A stretch of DNA of 25,397 bases. Source: Octopus sinensis (Eukaryota). The position numbers and the translations under genes were made by a program. Of this stretch, positions 20,641-25,397 are shown in pieces; position 1 is the first letter of the stretch, and the number at the start of each line of letters is the position of its first letter. The DNA lies in the NCBI RefSeq assembly GCF_006345805.1, contig NW_021835679.1:1-25397 (forward strand). The letters run 5' to 3'. The notes beneath the pieces are model-generated. The model searched no databases, had not been told where the DNA came from, and saw only the letters and a program-made list of their open reading frames with translations.

Positions 20641-20860
20641 GCGTGGTGGTGGTGGTGGTGGTGTTGGTGTTGGTGTTGGTGGTGTTGGTGGTCGTGGTGA
20701 TGGTCGTGGTGGTGGTCGTGGTGGCGGTGGTGTTGGTGGTGGTGTTGGTGGTGGTGGTGGTGGTGGTGGTGGTTGGTGGTGTGGTGGTGGTGGTGGTGGT
20801 GGTGGTGGTGTGGTGTTGGTGGTGTTGGTGGTGGTGGTGTTGGCGGCGGTGGCGGTGGTA
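20641..20860. repeat. (GGT)n microsatellite
   Basis: Trinucleotide run. Confidence 0.95.
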
Positions 20861-21349
20861 GGGGTTCAGCTGTTATGCCATGCTCCTGTTCTTGTTGTTG
20901 TTGTTGCTGTTGCTGCTCTTGTTTCAATCGTCTTTGCTCGTTCTTCATTAATCTAATTAATTGCCATAACGATTTACGGCAAACCGAAATTAATTACATT
21001 GTCTAATTAAACAAGTTAAGGACGAAAGAATGAATTTCCATCGTTTTTCCAACGCTGTTGCCCATCATTCATGTTTATCTCAGCTGCCGTCGCTGCTCTG
21101 TTGCTGTCGCCTCCGTTGCAGCTACCTCCCGCTGCCGCCGCTACCATGGCTGTTATCGCTCTTATTTTTGCCGCTCTTGCTGCTGCTGCTGCTCCGCTTT
21201 TTTGTTGTTTTTCGCTTTTGTTGCTGGTGTCGCTCTTTCCGTTTCATTGTTACAATCGTTGCCGTTTCTGATTGCTTTGTTTTGTTGCAATCGTTGATGT
21301 TGCTAACCATTATGTTGCAACGTCACCGTTGTTACCATTTTTATTATAC

Positions 21350-21530
21350 TTGTTGTGGCTGTTGTTGTTGTTGTTCGTATTCTTGATGATGTGATTGTTC
21401 GTTGATGTTGTTGTTATTGTTTATATTGTTATCGTCATTGTTGTTGTTGTTGTTCGTATTCTTGATGATGTGATTGTGCGTTGATCTTGTTGTTATTGTT
21501 TATATTGTTACCGTTGTTGTTGTTGTTGTT
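21350..21530. repeat. (GTT)n-rich tract with a 79-bp tandem duplication
   Basis: TTCGTATTCTTGATGATG at 21374 and 21453. Confidence 0.9.
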
Positions 21531-21939
21531 GTAGCCCACAATATTTATCACTGTTGCCATCGTAACTACATTGTCATTCACGGGGATACACTCCGTCGTC
21601 ATGATGATGATGCTGATGATGATGATTAACGCCATCACATCCACCGCACTCCCCCATTATTGTCGTGACCCTGACCGCAAATACCAACTCCAGGACTATC
21701 CCCATGATCGCCATCTTTGTGCATTGTATCATTGCATGTTCGTATGCATCATGCATGTATGCATATGTATATATATATACATATATGTGTGTCTCTCTCT
21801 ATATATGTATATATATATATATAATGTGTATATATAAACATGTATGTATATACATATACACACACACACACACATATAAATATATAAACACATACTGTAA
21901 TTGAATATTTTTCACCGCAGCAGGAGTTTCATGCCTCCG

Positions 21940-21954
21940 CTATCTATCTATTTG

Positions 21955-22020
<66 letters not shown>

Positions 22021-22105
22021 CATCTATCTATCTAGTCCTCATCTATGTATCTAGTCCTCATCTATCTATCTATCTATCTACCTATCTATCTACCTATCTA
22101 TCTAC

Positions 22106-22145
<40 letters not shown>

Positions 22146-22187
22146 TTTATACCTACCAAACTATCTGCGTAACTCACTCCCTCTCTG

Positions 22188-22260
<73 letters not shown>

Positions 22261-22772
22261 CCATCTATCAATCTGTTTATGTCTCTGCCTGTCTGTATGC
22301 ATACCTGTATTTACATACACTCATCCAATATATATAAACCTATGTCTCCATATATACATATAATATATATGTCTGTGTGTCCGTATGTGCAAACATACAC
22401 ACACACTTACACACACATACACACATATCCAGAGAAATATGCGTGATAAATCATTCGTGTCCCAAAATATCATGACAAATGTCATACACATGGAAGGCAT
22501 TTGCACCACACACGCGCACATTCACACATGCACACATAATCACAGAAACATACGCATACGAACACACACATACATACACAAACATACATATATATATATA
22601 TATATATATTATATATACACATGTACATATATATACATATACATATATATACATATATATACACACACATATATATATATATACACTCATATATATATAC
22701 ACATACATACACATGTACATGCATATATATATATATATACACATGTACATATATGTGTACAAATATACATGC

Positions 22773-22851
<79 letters not shown>

Positions 22852-22930
22852 TATATACATACACACATATATATATACATATATATATATGTGTGTGTAT
22901 ATATGTTTATATATATATACACATACATAG
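21940..22930. repeat. Compound (CTAT)n/(CT)n/(TA)n/(CA)n microsatellite region
   Basis: Simple-repeat blocks with short unique interruptions. Confidence 0.9.
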
Positions 22931-23318
22931 ACATGTGCATGCATCTGCACGCATGCACGCATGCGTACTTGCACACGCTCCATTGAAATCATACCGATCC
23001 CCTCTACCAAATCTTTCCTCTTTCAATTTCTTCGTTCATCTAATCTATTCTGCCATTTCCTTTTTATTTAATCTGTAATTCCGTTCTTCCTACAACATCG
23101 TCATTCCATTAATCTGCTAATGCCATTATTTCAAGAATTCCTTAATTTTATTAATCTCTTTATTCAATTGAAGCTCCGACAATATTCATTCCATTATTCT
23201 CTAATTCTGTGTTCGTTTTATTTTTTATCTTCTTTCTCTTTCCTTCATTGCTTTCATTCTATTCCATTCTATTAACCCTAATTCCCAATCATCCTTGGGC
23301 TGCCTTCATTATTCTAAT

Positions 23319-23442
23319 AGGCAGCGAATTGGTAGAGCCGTTAGAGTCATATTTATTGATGTTGGGTTCTAGTGTTCTAAGATCGAATCTCGCCGAGGTT
23401 AGCTGTTATTTCACCTTTGTAGGAGATTGATAAAAGCAAGTA
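23319..23442 (+). mobile_element. Highly degraded SINE family A-like copy
   Basis: AGGCAGCGAATTGGTAGAGCCGTTAG...GATCGAATCTCGCCGAGG...GATAAAAGCAAGTA. Confidence 0.55.
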
Positions 23443-23490
23443 TGGTTTCAGTGATCGACTGTTGCGATCTCTAGGTCCTTGGTAAAGAGT

Positions 23491-23720
23491 GGGCTTGCGA
23501 GCTGGCAGAAACGTTAGCGCGCCGGGAGAAATGCATAACGGTATTTCGTCTGTCGTTACGTTCTGAGTTCAAATTCCGCCGAGGTCGACTTTGCCCTTCA
23601 TCTTTTAGGGGTCGATAAATAAAGTACCAGTTTCGCTCTGGGATCGATATAATCGACTTAATCCCTTTGTCTCTCCTTGTTTGTCCCCTCTATGTTTAGC
23701 CCCTTGTGGGCAGTAAAGAA
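23491..23720 (+). mobile_element. SINE family A monomer (tail-1)
   Basis: Head, B box, central domain, GATCGATATAATCGAC hairpin and tail ...GTGGGCAGTAAAGAA. Confidence 0.92.
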
Positions 23721-23731
23721 TATATATATAT

Positions 23732-23888
23732 ATGCGACGGACTTGCTTCAGTTTTCTTCTACCAAATCCGCTTTCAAGTCATTGGTTGGTCCCAAGCTAT
23801 AGTAGAAAACATATACCCAAGGTACCACGCAGTGGGACTGAACCCAGGACGGGTTGGGAAGCAAGCTTCTTACCACACGGCCAATCCT
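23732..23888 (-). mobile_element. SINE family B, 5' half
   Basis: Matches the head and central portion of family B. Confidence 0.85.
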
Positions 23889-23889
23889 C

Positions 23890-24047
23890 TTTATATTTCG
23901 TGCTCAAAGTCTGGCATGACCTACTTGGGTAGTAATTCAAATTATATCGGTTACTTTTGCCGAACCGCTAGCTTACGAAGACAAACACTCCAGCACCAGT
24001 TGTCAAGTAGTGGTGGGGCACAAACACAAGCACACAAATACACACAC

Positions 24048-24050
<3 letters not shown>
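23890..24050 (-). mobile_element. Older SINE family B, 3' half
   Basis: TTTTGCCGAACCGCTAG...CCAGCACCAGTTGTCAAG...GGGGCACAAACACA. Confidence 0.7.
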
Positions 24051-24130
<80 letters not shown>

Positions 24131-24132
<2 letters not shown>

Positions 24133-24339
24133 GTGACCTCGTGTGTACCGTTGCCGATTTTTCTTCCTCTGTCTTCCCTTCTCTGGATCTTTCCTTCTCC
24201 TATGTTTCCGACGAAGAGCTCCGCTCGAAACGTTAAATCCTCCTTCTTTCCTTCTTTCCTGAGCGTCCAATAATACTATATTTGTTCCACGTCCTCGCGT
24301 TGTTGTGTTTTTTTTTTGTGCTTTCTTGTTTGGATTAAC
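24131..24339 (+). mobile_element. Penelope-like pLTR-type element (family 3), short copy
   Basis: Near-identical to the reverse complement of 11906-12111; bounded by (AT)n; carries an HHR motif. Confidence 0.7.
24204..24238 (+). ncRNA. Minimal type I hammerhead-like motif (U4C variant)
   Basis: GTTT CCGACGA A GAGC TCC GCTC GAAAC GTT AAAT. Confidence 0.6.
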
Positions 24340-24865
24340 TTTATATATATTCTATCTGTTTGTGGTTTCACAAACAGATTTAGTTTTTTTTGAGCTCACC
24401 ACTGCCTCTTGAGTGTCGCTAAGAGTCCATTCTCTTACAGCATCACAGCTTTGAAGATAACTTGTCCCCATCCTCCCTCCCATCTTTGGATGAATCCCTT
24501 AAAAAAAAAGTCAAGAGCAATGAGTCCCTGCTTGATTAAACCATTATAAAATACCATTCCATTTCCGCTCCACTTATTTTTATTTCATTGTATTTTAATC
24601 CCAAATCCCATTTTGCTTTTAATTCCTTCATTCCTTTAATCTGTAATCCGTTTCTTCTCCCCCACCATCTTGTAGTAGCAGTTATTCCAATTTATTCACA
24701 GACTTTTTTTTTTCTCTCTACAATATTTTCTTCATTCCAACAATCCAGTATTATTCCGGTAATCTATTAAATCAACATTTTTATTCTAGTATTCACTCAT
24801 TCCATAATCACTTTTTCCTTGCTTCAATTAATCCATTAATTCTTTCTTCTAATACGGGACGGTAC

Positions 24866-25375
24866 CGCTGCTGCTACTGCTACTGCAGCTGCTACTGCTA
24901 CTGCGGCTGCTACTGCTGCTGCTGTTTTTGCAGCTGCAGTTGCTGCAGCAGATGGTGCTTTTACTACTGTCAGTGTTCTTCTTCTTGTAACTGTCTGTCG
25001 ACGTTGCCGCTGCTACTGCTGCCAGTGCCGTCTTTGCTGCTGCTACCGTTGGCGCTGCTGCTGCAAATGCAGTTGTTACTGCTGCTCTTGTTGTTATGAC
25101 TTCTGCTGCTGCTGCTGCTGCTGCTATTGCAGTTGTTGCAGCGGGTTCTATTTCTGTTGCACCTGTTTCATATGATGTTGTTGTTGTTGCTGCTGTTGTT
25201 GTTATTGTTGTTTCTGTTGCAGCTCATCATTTTATTGTAATTTTTGCTGTTTTTTGCTGCTGCAGTTGTTTTTGTAATTCTTCCTGCTACCACGAGTGTT
25301 GTTCCTTTTCTTCTTCTCCTTCTTCTTCTTCTTCTTCCTTCTCTTCTCTTCTTTGCTTCTTCTTCTTAGTCCTGC
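24866..25375. repeat. (GCT)n/(GTT)n/(CTT)n degenerate trinucleotide tract
   Basis: Low-complexity trinucleotide repeats. Confidence 0.9.
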
Positions 25376-25397
25376 TCTCCTATAATTCCTCTCTTCC

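Noticed and set aside
20415-20948. 177-aa minus-strand ORF with poly-Q/poly-P/poly-H resembling a transcription-factor low-complexity region
   Set aside because: The runs come from (GTT)n/(GGT)n tracts, and the unique C-terminal part shows no recognisable domain or convincing splice context.
1-25397. Dozens of ORFs rich in YI/IY, HT, poly-H/I/S/D/V
   Set aside because: They are translations of di-, tri- and tetranucleotide microsatellites or SINE interiors, with no domain content.

Overview
This is a repeat-saturated, AT-rich eukaryotic window with no recognisable intact host protein-coding gene. The SINE families and microsatellite density look like Octopus (coleoid cephalopod); that is recognition from memory, not a database hit. 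Most ORF-track entries are microsatellite artefacts. The window contains three tRNA-derived SINE families (here A, B, C; about 17 copies or fragments), an internally deleted Tc1/mariner (DD37D/maT-like) element plus a second fragment of it, a CR1/L2-like LINE 3' end, a second non-LTR 3' end, a 29-bp-TIR MITE and a non-autonomous Helitron. The main hidden signal is a set of hammerhead ribozyme (HHR) motifs in three small non-autonomous, Penelope/retrozyme-like element families. The best is a type I HHR with a complete catalytic core (1303-1410) in a 480-bp unit bounded by ~60-bp direct repeats. That unit also carries a canonical-looking intron whose acceptor ends exactly at the repeat boundary. 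The others are two identical minimal U4C-variant HHRs (12005-12039 minus, 24204-24238 plus) and a degenerate A6U variant (4783-4824). Two SINE/LINE shared 3' tails and a propagated 184-bp SINE dimer junction are also visible. All structure assignments were made by eye.
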